From a virus: a DNA stretch of 64,000 bases. Location of the stretch: IMG/VR virus record IMGVR_UViG_3300029922_000014, positions 32,001 through 96,000 of that record, one strand, 5' to 3'. This document shows, in pieces, positions 54,983 to 63,426 of this stretch (the first letter of the stretch is position 1; the number at the start of each line of letters is the position of its first letter). The notes beneath the pieces are model-generated. The model saw only the letters and a list, made by a program, of their open reading frames with translations. It did no database searches and had not been told where the DNA came from. Made by a program: the position numbers and the translations under genes.

Positions 54983-55431
54983 GGGCTGACACCAACGGAA
55001 ACCTGCGCTTCGTACTGCTGCGCTGCCCACGTCTGCACGTAGTCCGCTTCTTCGTCCACGCCATCACAGACACGACGAAACTTCAGCAGGTGCAGGTGAT
55101 GATTGCGCAGGTGAAATGCAACGATTTCAACAACCTGCCGATCCGTCAACGGAGGATTCCAGCTTCGCGGATAGATCGGAAAGAAGTCCAGGAGTGCAAG
55201 CTTCGCGGTCACAAAAATCACCGGGTCGACACCAAGCAATACACCCACGACGCTGTGGACCATCTTACCGTAGTTCCGGTCAGGTGCATCGCAGGCGCGA
55301 CGATATTCCATTACGGCGGCGTCGATGTTCAGACTGTTTGCTGCTGCGACACGGCACGCTTCCAGGTGTGCGCGCAATTCGTCAGCATGGCGCTGCTGCA
55401 AAGCAATGAGCGCTTCAAGAGCATTCTTCAT
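54979..55431 (-). CDS. hypothetical protein
   Basis: AAGGA RBS; coupled. Confidence 0.5.
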   Translation of the reverse strand: MKNALEALIALQQRHADELRAHLEACRVAAANSLNIDAAVMEYRRACDAPDRNYGKMVHSVVGVLLGVDPVIFVTAKLALLDFFPIYPRSWNPPLTDRQVVEIVAFHLRNHHLHLLKFRRVCDGVDEEADYVQTWAAQQYEAQVSVGVSP

Positions 55432-55433
55432 GG

Positions 55434-56093
55434 TCAGGGTCCTTCGTAGGGGTGGCCAAGGTCTTCGCAACATTCACGCGCCGACTTGGCTTCGTCATCG
55501 CGTTCTTTCTCCACGCGCTCATCGCGGATCCGTTCCGCTTCCTTATCGCCTTCAGCCGCGAGGCATCGGAGTTCAGCAATCTCGGCCGGCGTGAACGACA
55601 CCGCGGTATTGTCCAAGTCGTGATCGGTGAAGTTCGATCCTTCACTCTCAAAGACGTGGCGTATGTACCGGCGCAGAAGACCGCGATAATCGTCGATCGC
55701 TTCCGTAGTCGTTCCGCGGATGGCCAAACCGGGTTGATCTGCGCTCTGACTGACGACGTCGACAGATTCCAAGTTTACCCGTTCGATCAGCGTGCCGGGA
55801 AGATTGCCCGCCGAAAACAGGTTCCATCCTTTCATGCCGTAAACGTAGATGTCTCCGCCTTCGCGCCGGCTGTCGCCCAGCTTCGGGCCGCTGACGTACA
55901 CAGGATCGTCGAGGGTCCATCCTTCGCTCCAATCGCGGTGACCGCGACAGGACGGACTCTTTTGCGCATGCTCGGAACGGCATTCACCCAGAAGCATGGC
56001 GCCGGTCTGTCCATCCATCTCCGGATGCGGATGGGTGATGGTGTCGAACACGGTGCAACAAACGGGACAGCGGGCGGTGGTCTGATAGGTCAT
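55434..56093 (-). CDS. hypothetical protein
   Basis: Coupled ORF. Confidence 0.55.
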   Translation of the reverse strand: MTYQTTARCPVCCTVFDTITHPHPEMDGQTGAMLLGECRSEHAQKSPSCRGHRDWSEGWTLDDPVYVSGPKLGDSRREGGDIYVYGMKGWNLFSAGNLPGTLIERVNLESVDVVSQSADQPGLAIRGTTTEAIDDYRGLLRRYIRHVFESEGSNFTDHDLDNTAVSFTPAEIAELRCLAAEGDKEAERIRDERVEKERDDEAKSARECCEDLGHPYEGP

Positions 56094-56094
56094 T

Positions 56095-56382
56095 TTATTT
56101 TTTCGTCTTTGATGTCCTGCTGAACTTCGCCATCATCGCTTCGCGCTCTTCGCGTCGCGCTTTCACGTTTGGGTGCTCACCAGCGGGAATCGTCGCGACT
56201 GGAACCGGAACCCAAAGCGGCTCTGATCCGTCGGAGGTCGCCTCGGCCATTTGTAGTTCGTCCGTGCTCTTGACGGAATAAAAACCGTGATCGCCGCCAG
56301 GACCGATGACGGTGTGGTCGTTGAACCGCGCGCTGACGCGTTCCCAGGTCTGTTTGCGCAGAATGCGGAGCATGAGGGTCAT
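56095..56382 (-). CDS. hypothetical protein
   Basis: ATGA coupling. Confidence 0.5.
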   Translation of the reverse strand: MTLMLRILRKQTWERVSARFNDHTVIGPGGDHGFYSVKSTDELQMAEATSDGSEPLWVPVPVATIPAGEHPNVKARREEREAMMAKFSRTSKTKK

Positions 56383-56747
56383 GGCATACCGTGATCAGTT
56401 TGCGTGTGCTTTTTGAGTTCTTCCACGGTGGCGCAACCCCAACCGCACCCTGAACAAATATAGGGATACGGCAGAGTGAAGGAACATTTGATGAACTCGA
56501 AGAAATGCCTGCCGTCAGCATCGAACTTGAGCACAGCACAATCGGGAATGTCGGCCGGTAGTACGGCGCCACATTCCGTGCGCAGTTGTCCTGCCGTCAT
56601 GCCTCCCATTGTGCTTGGGAGTGTGTGCAGCGTAATCGTCGCGGTCATGGACTTCGCGGTCATGGACTTCGCGGTCATGGACTTCGCGTCTGCTTTGTTT
56701 CCAGCAGATTCATTTACCGTCACGTGAAAGTCTTCAAGTCTGTTCAT
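56379..56747 (-). CDS. C2H2-like Zn-finger protein with AKSMT repeats
   Basis: YICSGCG......ELKKH...DH. Confidence 0.55.
   Translation of the reverse strand: MNRLEDFHVTVNESAGNKADAKSMTAKSMTAKSMTATITLHTLPSTMGGMTAGQLRTECGAVLPADIPDCAVLKFDADGRHFFEFIKCSFTLPYPYICSGCGWGCATVEELKKHTQTDHGMP
56640..56688. repeat. 15-bp tandem repeat x3 (CGCGGTCATGGACTT)
   Basis: Exact copies, encoding AKSMT x3. Confidence 0.9.
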
Positions 56748-56799
56748 GGCGTTATGCGCTTATTCTCGCGCTATGCCATAAAGTCAATCCCCCAACAAT

Positions 56800-56812
56800 T
56801 GACACGATGTCA
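56800..56812. repeat. dispersed palindrome (supplies a stop codon)
   Basis: atTGACACGATGTCAat. Confidence 0.9.
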
Positions 56813-57010
56813 ATCGGCGTCGGTGCCCAGGAGAGAACGAACTTGGGCGTACCCTTCCGCATGCTGTTGCTGACCCTTGATCACCGCAGAACGAAACAGC
56901 GGATCATATTCGATGTCGAACCAGTAGTGCTGCGACTCGCGAACTATTGAAGAAAGGACCGCAGCGTCTTTCTGAAGTTCGATGACGGCCTGAAGGCGAC
57001 GCGTAGTCAT
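56810..57010 (-). CDS. hypothetical protein
   Basis: Its stop codon is the palindrome TGA. Confidence 0.5.
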   Translation of the reverse strand: MTTRRLQAVIELQKDAAVLSSIVRESQHYWFDIEYDPLFRSAVIKGQQQHAEGYAQVRSLLGTDAD

Positions 57011-57198
57011 GATTGTACGGCGATTCGCAACGACAGGCAGACCCAAAGAAGCGGTTGATGGCGCAGTACTAACTCACAGAGCCTGCTGCATTTGCCCAGC
57101 GCCCGCAAGAGTGCCGTCGACAGCCGGTGCGTTGCCGCATTCAGCCCCGGCACCAGCGCCCTCAACCGAAATATTTGTGCGTCGTAGAAGCTCATCGG

Positions 57199-57507
57199 TC
57201 AGACGTCGCGACGGACGTAAACGGCGGACGGTTCGGTCAACCCGTCAGCAACCACACCGACGAATTGTAGTGGTCGCCCAGGCTCATCTTCCGGAACAAC
57301 GCCACCGTCGATGCAGCGATAGATCCCAAACGTCAAACTGGAAACGCTGGCATTCCGCGAATGCGCAGTCATCAGCACAACACTGCGGCGGTCGCAGTGC
57401 ACAACGCCGAGAAACGTTATGTCACTCGGAAAGGTGTGCTCGACGTAATCGCCATAACCGACGTTGACGTTGATGGTGTCGATGCGCCGCAGCAGGTTTG
57501 TAGTCAT
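57199..57507 (-). CDS. hypothetical protein
   Basis: ATGA coupling. Confidence 0.5.
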   Translation of the reverse strand: MTTNLLRRIDTINVNVGYGDYVEHTFPSDITFLGVVHCDRRSVVLMTAHSRNASVSSLTFGIYRCIDGGVVPEDEPGRPLQFVGVVADGLTEPSAVYVRRDV

Positions 57508-57887
57508 GGCGCATCGTCCAACGGCAAACCCAACGCATGCCGCTCAGCCCGGTTGAGTTTGGCCAGCCCGGACTTCTTGAGTTCAGCGGTGCGCTGCTTG
57601 TTGTCGACATCGACCGAAACCGGCTCCTGCTGCGCCACGATGTACCATTCGGTGCGGGAATCTCCGCCCTCACGCGAAAGCGGATATTCGACCGGCACAG
57701 CATACACATTTTCGATGATGCCGTTCTGGTCCTGCTGCCCTGCAAAACCAGATTCGGCTTGTCCGGACGCTTCAATCTGCGCGCGGTGAATCGTCGAGTA
57801 GTAGCCGATCAACTTGCCGCAAACGCTGTTGCCGTCGGTGTCATGGCTGCGGTAGGAAACGCGATGGATCAAACGAACATAGCTCAT
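57504..57887 (-). CDS. hypothetical protein
   Basis: Ends with the common phage pattern GLAKL..AER.ALGL. Confidence 0.6.
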   Translation of the reverse strand: MSYVRLIHRVSYRSHDTDGNSVCGKLIGYYSTIHRAQIEASGQAESGFAGQQDQNGIIENVYAVPVEYPLSREGGDSRTEWYIVAQQEPVSVDVDNKQRTAELKKSGLAKLNRAERHALGLPLDDAP

Positions 57888-57890
57888 GGG

Positions 57891-58634
57891 TCAGCCTTTC
57901 AGCAGGTCTTTGACGGTGGGGTCTTTCAGCTTTGCCAGAATGCGCGCAGCTTTCTTGTCGATCGTCGCTTTGGTCTTCTTGAGGTGTGCACTACATCCAC
58001 CGGCGTCGCACGGATCGTGCTTGGTCAGATAGGCAGTGGCGGCGGCGTCCTGTGCGGCGAAGTGGGCGCGGTGTTCACGCATGTCCGGCATCGCCAATCG
58101 CTCCGCCACTTCGGCAGCAGACACTTCGATGAACATGTCGGTGTAGTCGCGTGTCAGTCCGCGGATGGCCGGCGTGTCGTGGCCCAGCACCTTGTCCCAG
58201 ACCTTGCCGCGGTTGTTCCATTCTCGCAGCGTCATGCCTTGCGGCAGGTCGGTGTTGTCCCAGTACGACCACTCCCTGACCAGCGGTGAACTGGTGAAGC
58301 TCGCGGACAGGTCCTTGTGCTCGCAGAAGACGAGCGCCGGTGTGTAGTCGTACGGCCCGGGAAAGATGGTGATGGCCAGTTCAAAGTCGAACGCGGGATT
58401 CCTGAGCCCGGTCCGCTTGATGTCGCGCGCCTGATCCTCAAGGAGGTTGCGCGCGCTTTGCAGAACGTTGGGCTTCTTCTCATGCAGAAGCGGAACGATG
58501 CACGCGGCCAGGGTGTCGATGCGCCGTTTCTTGGCAGCAATCGCATAGGCTTTCTGGACGTTGTCGAGCAGGTCGACGATGGCGCGGATGTTGCCGGTGT
58601 CGATCCGGTAACCGTTGTAAATCTTGGCGCTCAT
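57891..58634 (-). CDS. conserved-looking hypothetical phage protein
   Basis: MSAKIYNGYR...YWDNTD.P....EW..R..VWD. Confidence 0.65.
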   Translation of the reverse strand: MSAKIYNGYRIDTGNIRAIVDLLDNVQKAYAIAAKKRRIDTLAACIVPLLHEKKPNVLQSARNLLEDQARDIKRTGLRNPAFDFELAITIFPGPYDYTPALVFCEHKDLSASFTSSPLVREWSYWDNTDLPQGMTLREWNNRGKVWDKVLGHDTPAIRGLTRDYTDMFIEVSAAEVAERLAMPDMREHRAHFAAQDAAATAYLTKHDPCDAGGCSAHLKKTKATIDKKAARILAKLKDPTVKDLLKG

Positions 58635-58783
58635 AGGTCCTTCTTCAGTTTCTCCGCTTCAGCGCGGGCAGCTTTCCACACCATTCGCAGCATGAGGCTG
58701 GCGGCAGTGAGCGATGAAAGCGTAGTGATGATGTCAGCGATGAGCGTCGCCCAGAGAACGAGGTTTGGGTCGAGGTGTGGCAT
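58631..58783 (-). CDS. small membrane protein
   Basis: Hydrophobic segment; ATGA coupling. Confidence 0.4.
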   Translation of the reverse strand: MPHLDPNLVLWATLIADIITTLSSLTAASLMLRMVWKAARAEAEKLKKDL

Positions 58784-59044
58784 GTTATTTCTTTTCAGCG
58801 CACAGCTTCTTGGCAATCCAAGGAGCGCACATGCGCAGAGCGCCGATTTCCCAGGACAATCAATAGCGCCGGCCATTCAACAGCGAGGAAGTGCATTACC
58901 GGAGTCCGCTCAGGATGCGCACGCGCCATTGGCGTTGGTGCTGGGTGACGATGGTACAGGCGATCCAATGCTTCCGTAGTACGGTTGCGGATGTTTGGTG
59001 TTCACCCGGGTGAAGCAACCACGCCGGAGGCAGAGGAAAGCGGA

Positions 59045-59293
59045 TCATGCGACGGCAGGAGGTGCAGGGTGAGGGATCCAAACAGAACCAGGACCGGGCT
59101 GCTTGGTCTCCCATATAGGTGGACCGTTAGGAATGCCCCACCCAGGGGAAAGCCCTAACGTCCCGTGGAAATAATACCGGAACTGCCACCAGCCGACAGC
59201 CGGATCCCACACCATGGCCATGTCTTCTGCCCGTGGTGTTTCTTCGGCGCAGGAACGCAGTTGCGCACGGAGTTTGTAGTCGGGCAGGCTCAT
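59045..59293 (-). CDS. hypothetical protein
   Basis: ATGA coupling to GroES. Confidence 0.45.
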   Translation of the reverse strand: MSLPDYKLRAQLRSCAEETPRAEDMAMVWDPAVGWWQFRYYFHGTLGLSPGWGIPNGPPIWETKQPGPGSVWIPHPAPPAVA

Positions 59294-59664
59294 GACCGCG
59301 TGACCTTATACGGACGATTGACGGTGGATTTGGAGGTGCGTTGAAACAGGCGTTCAAACAAACCATCGCCTCCTTCAGGGATGGCCACCCCCAGGACATA
59401 CACCTCGCGAATGATCAGCAGGTCCTGACCTTCCGCTTTGACGTCGTTGCCCTCGTATTGCTTGAAGTAGACGTAGTCGCCCACCTGCACTTCGACGGGG
59501 ATGCGGACGCCGCGCTTGTTGCGCAGGCCGGGACCGACGGCGATCACGGTGCCTTCGAGGGTGAGCGCATGGAGGTTATCCGGCGCCAGGATGCGGCCGA
59601 TGGTGATGACGTCGCGGGGCTTGGCGCGGCGGATGGCGAGGTTGTCGTCGATGAGAGTCAGCAT
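59290..59664 (-). CDS. groES: co-chaperonin GroES (Cpn10)
   Basis: EGTVIAVGPG....G.RIPVEVQVGD.VYF..YEG.DVK.EGQDLLIIRE..VLGV; AAGGA RBS. Confidence 0.9.
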   Translation of the reverse strand: MLTLIDDNLAIRRAKPRDVITIGRILAPDNLHALTLEGTVIAVGPGLRNKRGVRIPVEVQVGDYVYFKQYEGNDVKAEGQDLLIIREVYVLGVAIPEGGDGLFERLFQRTSKSTVNRPYKVTRS

Positions 59665-59781
59665 GGGAGTCCTTCGTTGAGGCTGAGGCAGGTTGAACGA
59701 TGGGATCACCCGCGGGATGGGCGGCAGCGGATCACCAGATCGGTGAAATAAAACGTCACGGCTCAGAAGAGTAGCCATGAA

Positions 59782-60302
59782 TTACTTTCTGCGCTTCGTG
59801 AAGGCAGAGGTCAGCATGGAAGTCCTTCACAGGGAATGTTGTGTTCTTTCATCAGTGCGCAGATCAATTCAAAGGCAGCACGGTCGCAGCAACCTGGACG
59901 GATGATGTCCCGATAGCGACTGGAACGCTCGAAGTGTCCGATCTCGGTAGTGGTATAGAACGAACCGCCACACGGCCACCAGCGCACAGGAGATGTCGAT
60001 GGCAGCATGGATGAGTTGTACGCATCCCACGGAACTTCGTTCTCGTCTTGGAATGACAAGTCATCATCGTTTGCGCTGCGTGCCCAGGTGAACAATTGAT
60101 CCGGAAAGGTGCTGGCGTGGTGCGGTAGTGCGGCAATGCACTCGTCGAAGTCCGGGCGATCATTCAGAATCGCAGCGGTGCAGGCGTCCATGAATGAATC
60201 ACGGAAGTGCTCACCGCGATGTTTGCCGCAGTCGAAGTATTGTTTCCGCTTCGCGTCGATGATGTAGTAGAAGACGCCCATGGGTTACTTTCTGCGCTTC
60301 GT
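59782..60302. repeat. 18-bp direct repeat TTACTTTCTGCGCTTCGT (59782-59799 and 60285-60302) flanking one gene
   Basis: Exact copies. Confidence 0.8.
59811..60281 (-). CDS. hypothetical protein
   Basis: MG..YYIID..RKQYF..GK N-terminus. Confidence 0.6.
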   Translation of the reverse strand: MGVFYYIIDAKRKQYFDCGKHRGEHFRDSFMDACTAAILNDRPDFDECIAALPHHASTFPDQLFTWARSANDDDLSFQDENEVPWDAYNSSMLPSTSPVRWWPCGGSFYTTTEIGHFERSSRYRDIIRPGCCDRAAFELICALMKEHNIPCEGLPC

Positions 60303-60770
60303 AAAAGTGGAATTGTTCCAATTGTCGGTGTACAGGAGCAGGCCGCCATTGCGACCGCAGCGACTCCGCATGCGGTCTTCTGCGCTGCACAGGTCATGCA
60401 AAAAGGTCCTGCGCTGTGGGCTTTCGCTGTCTAACCACAGCGCAATCACATTCCGGCCGAGCAACACGCGTTCGTCGATGTCAGTCAGAAAGGTGACTTC
60501 CAGACCATAGCAGGACGCTTCAAACCGATGCGTTACGCCGCGATGCGCATGGATTCCGTAGGCGGTCAGCGCTGTGATCATCGCCTCCACATATCGGGCA
60601 GGGACGACCACGCATGCATGCTGTCCGGATATCATGGTGGCGGCGGTGTGCTTGATGGACTTCATCAAGAGCGGAATCGCCACCGCGATTTTATCTGCGG
60701 GCAGGTTGACGAAGGGAAGATCGAAGTTGTAGCCGTCGACGATCCGCTGATCTTCGGATGAAAGCGTCAT
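60285..60770 (-). CDS. hypothetical protein
   Basis: GGGAG RBS. Confidence 0.5.
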   Translation of the reverse strand: MTLSSEDQRIVDGYNFDLPFVNLPADKIAVAIPLLMKSIKHTAATMISGQHACVVVPARYVEAMITALTAYGIHAHRGVTHRFEASCYGLEVTFLTDIDERVLLGRNVIALWLDSESPQRRTFLHDLCSAEDRMRSRCGRNGGLLLYTDNWNNSTFTKRRK

Positions 60771-60772
60771 GG

Positions 60773-61351
60773 CTAAAGCTCCCACGCGTCATACATGCGC
60801 TCTGCCTCGAACCAGTCCGCCTCAGCAAACCCGTCGACGCGTCCACGCTTCTCGTACAGGCCATAGGCGATCACTGCGATTTGTGCGTGTCGGTAGCGCG
60901 CGTACTGGTGATGAGCACCGCGCCGCGTCGCCTCTTCGGCTACGTAGTCGACGGCGCGCTTCTCCATCGCTGCAAGAATGCCCTGACGCTCTTCGGCGCT
61001 CAGGGCAGGTGCCGGGGCTTCCATTTCATCCAGCCCCGTAGTGGCCTCTTCCTCGTCTTCGTCGCGCGCAAGGATCTCCGGCACCTTGGCGAACTCCGCC
61101 AGCAGGATGGCCATCACTTCGTCGACGCTCATCCACCCATGCGACGGGTCGTGCCCATCAGCGTGATGGACCATCTGCTTCTTCGGCCAGACAGGGTCGT
61201 CTCCCGGACGCACGACCTGCAACGACCAGTCCCCATGCCGCGCACGGAAATAGAACGGGAAGCCGTGCATGGTGCCACTGGCTTGCGCGGGACAGGCGCC
61301 GCCAATGTCGGTGATGACAAGGCCGGCGGGGAGAGTTTCGAGACTGATCAT
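60773..61351 (-). CDS. hypothetical protein with C-terminal DUF2934-like motif
   Basis: IAVIAYGLYEKRGRVDG.AEADWFEAER; N-terminal GACPAQA.G...G.PFYFRARHG.W. Confidence 0.65.
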   Translation of the reverse strand: MISLETLPAGLVITDIGGACPAQASGTMHGFPFYFRARHGDWSLQVVRPGDDPVWPKKQMVHHADGHDPSHGWMSVDEVMAILLAEFAKVPEILARDEDEEEATTGLDEMEAPAPALSAEERQGILAAMEKRAVDYVAEEATRRGAHHQYARYRHAQIAVIAYGLYEKRGRVDGFAEADWFEAERMYDAWEL

Positions 61352-61650
61352 CGTAGTGCCTTCTTGAGTTTGTTGCGGGTCTTGCGGTACGCCTTCTTGT
61401 CGATCGGCTGCTTGCCGGTGCCCTTTCGGTAAAAGCCGGATCGGCGCAGGTCATCTTCCTTCGCCGCCTGCACGTTCATGTCCACACCGTTCATCCAGGT
61501 GATGAAGTGGGCGTTGGTGGTTTGGCGAAAGTGGCCGCCCTTGGCATGCAAAGCCTCCGCCTCATCCGCGAATGCCATCGGCACGGGGTAACCGTAGTAG
61601 GACGGAACGGGATCGACGGTCTCTTGCATGACACTTCCTCGGATTGACAC
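61348..61650 (-). CDS. hypothetical protein
   Basis: Coupled; alternative ATG at 61629 with a GAGGA RBS. Confidence 0.5.
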   Translation of the reverse strand: MSIRGSVMQETVDPVPSYYGYPVPMAFADEAEALHAKGGHFRQTTNAHFITWMNGVDMNVQAAKEDDLRRSGFYRKGTGKQPIDKKAYRKTRNKLKKALR

Positions 61651-61657
61651 GATGTCA
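61645..61657. repeat. dispersed palindrome (gene junction)
   Basis: atTGACACGATGTCAgt. Confidence 0.9.
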
Positions 61658-61658
61658 G

Positions 61659-61967
61659 TTAGCGATTCTCGACTTGCTCAGGCAGCGCTTCGATCTCGGC
61701 GGGAAAGAAGCGGATCTCCTGGAACCGCGGCGTGGCTTGCGGTCCGTTGTCGATGCGACAGATAAACACGTAACCGGAATCGGCCAGTTCCGACTTCATG
61801 ATCGTCGCTTGCGCGTGGCTGGACTTGATGACTACGACCTGCCCGACGGTAAATACGTGGCGGTTCCGTATCAGCACGATGGCCGGAATAATCATTCCGG
61901 CGATGATTGCGAGGATGCTGATGACGATCAGCAGTTCGATGATGGTGAAACCTTTGATCGTTTTCAC
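61659..61967 (-). CDS. prepilin-type N-terminal cleavage/methylation domain protein
   Basis: MKTIKG^FTIIELLIVISILAIIAGMIIPAI class III signal. Confidence 0.8.
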   Translation of the reverse strand: MKTIKGFTIIELLIVISILAIIAGMIIPAIVLIRNRHVFTVGQVVVIKSSHAQATIMKSELADSGYVFICRIDNGPQATPRFQEIRFFPAEIEALPEQVENR

Positions 61968-62500
61968 GGGTGCAGCCCTTGGGTGTTGAGCGCTTTGATG
62001 CGCGCTTCTTTTTCAAAGCGCTGCTTCGTTTCGATGTCGCGATAGTTCCAGCGCGGCGCGATGGTGCCATCCGGCCGCAGCCGAAACTCATCCACTGACC
62101 ACCACGTCAGCGAACCGACGACGGCCCAGCGTTCGTGTGCCCAGCGCATGCTGTCACCGACGAGGTCAACATAGGTGATGATGAAGCCGCGGTGGCGCGG
62201 GAGCGGAACGTAGTTGGGCGAGAGGAAGATGGATGCTGGCGGATCGGGACGGCGGTCTTTGATCAGCAGACCTTCAGCGATCCAGCGCCAGCCCAGTTCG
62301 GTCAGGTGCTTCGGCGCTTGGCCCTCCCAGCGTAGTCCTTCCGGGCTGTTCCACAGCCAGTCCCAGGCTTCGCGGTCATCCGTGGCAACCGCGTCGATGA
62401 GCATGGCGCCCATGTCCTGCGCGCTGTGCCGGTAACGGTCGCAACTGAACTCGAACACTTCGCCTCGGTCGAGGTCTGCGAGACTGCGAGCGTCGGTCAT
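61964..62500 (-). CDS. hypothetical protein
   Basis: Coupled ORF. Confidence 0.55.
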   Translation of the reverse strand: MTDARSLADLDRGEVFEFSCDRYRHSAQDMGAMLIDAVATDDREAWDWLWNSPEGLRWEGQAPKHLTELGWRWIAEGLLIKDRRPDPPASIFLSPNYVPLPRHRGFIITYVDLVGDSMRWAHERWAVVGSLTWWSVDEFRLRPDGTIAPRWNYRDIETKQRFEKEARIKALNTQGLHP

Positions 62501-62862
62501 TGGAGCTTCCCGTCGACGACATGCGCGCAGACGTGCGTCTCGTACGAGGGGATGTATGCCGGGCAGGTTGGGCAACGAACCACCGGGGTGATGCGGATGG
62601 CGCCGGTGAACCCAAGAGGAGGGTTGTCGATGAGGGCATGAGCCTCCTTATGGCTTACCGCCATGTCCCACAACCCTTGGCCTTTAATCCAAGCCACTTC
62701 GGTGGTGTTGCGAACAAGCCCCTCAACGCGGTACATCTCTTCGCGCTTGGGCTCCGTAGTGGCTTCCATACGTGCCACCGCAGCCAGCCCTGCGTCCAGT
62801 TCTGGCTGGGTCGGGCGGCCGAGCGTGTGCAGGACCTTGCGGATGATGTCGGCGTCGGTCAT
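62497..62862 (-). CDS. hypothetical protein
   Basis: ATGA coupling. Confidence 0.5.
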   Translation of the reverse strand: MTDADIIRKVLHTLGRPTQPELDAGLAAVARMEATTEPKREEMYRVEGLVRNTTEVAWIKGQGLWDMAVSHKEAHALIDNPPLGFTGAIRITPVVRCPTCPAYIPSYETHVCAHVVDGKLQ

Positions 62863-63080
62863 GACGCAAACTCCCCGCGCCACGCTTCGTCGCGGTCAGT
62901 GTATGGATCCGGTTCAACGCTGATGATGCGGCAGCCACAGAAGCGCATGGGCTTTCCATCCACAATCGCTTCGTAGTCGAACTTGTCAGCGTCAGGAGCA
63001 GCTGCCAGTACGGCAGCAAGCTGTCGGCGCCATTGTTCTAACAACGCAGACACGCTGGTATCAATGTGCTGTTCAATCAT
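62859..63080 (-). CDS. hypothetical protein
   Basis: First gene behind the N15 promoter at 63100. Confidence 0.5.
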   Translation of the reverse strand: MIEQHIDTSVSALLEQWRRQLAAVLAAAPDADKFDYEAIVDGKPMRFCGCRIISVEPDPYTDRDEAWRGEFAS

Positions 63081-63099
63081 ATCATTTCTCGCGTAGTGC

Positions 63100-63126
63100 A
63101 CGATATGGACCGGAACGAACTGTCAA
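63100..63126 (-). promoter_or_regulatory. promoter TTGACA-N15-TATCGT
   Basis: Read directly. Confidence 0.6.
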
Positions 63127-63158
63127 CGACCAGTGAAAGAACTTCGCCCGCTGCATGT

Positions 63159-63360
63159 TGTTTCCCGCGTCATGCGACGACATGGACAGGATTCCTGCGC
63201 GTGGATGTACATAGCGCACTATGCGTTATTTCTCCCCTGGACAATATTCCTGTTTCCCGCGTCATGCGACGACATGGACAGGATTCCTGCGCGCGTGTTT
63301 TCATAGCGCATGACGCGACATTCTGCACCTGGATATAATTCCTATTTACCGCGCTATGCG
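63159..63360. repeat. 92-bp-period tandem repeat (about 2.2 units) with an exact 43-bp core
   Basis: 63159-63201 equals 63251-63293; ATAGCGCA and CTGGA...ATTCCT recur at +92. Confidence 0.85.
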
Positions 63361-63426
63361 GTAATGGCGAGCACGAAGAGGGAAGGCTTAACCGATATCC
63401 AGGTGCGTCCGTAGTCGTCACCTGAT

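Noticed and set aside
63159-63360. Mini CRISPR array (43-bp repeats)
   Set aside because: There are only two exact repeats, and the intervening sequences resemble each other at the same 92-bp period, so this is a degenerate tandem repeat. No cas genes were seen.
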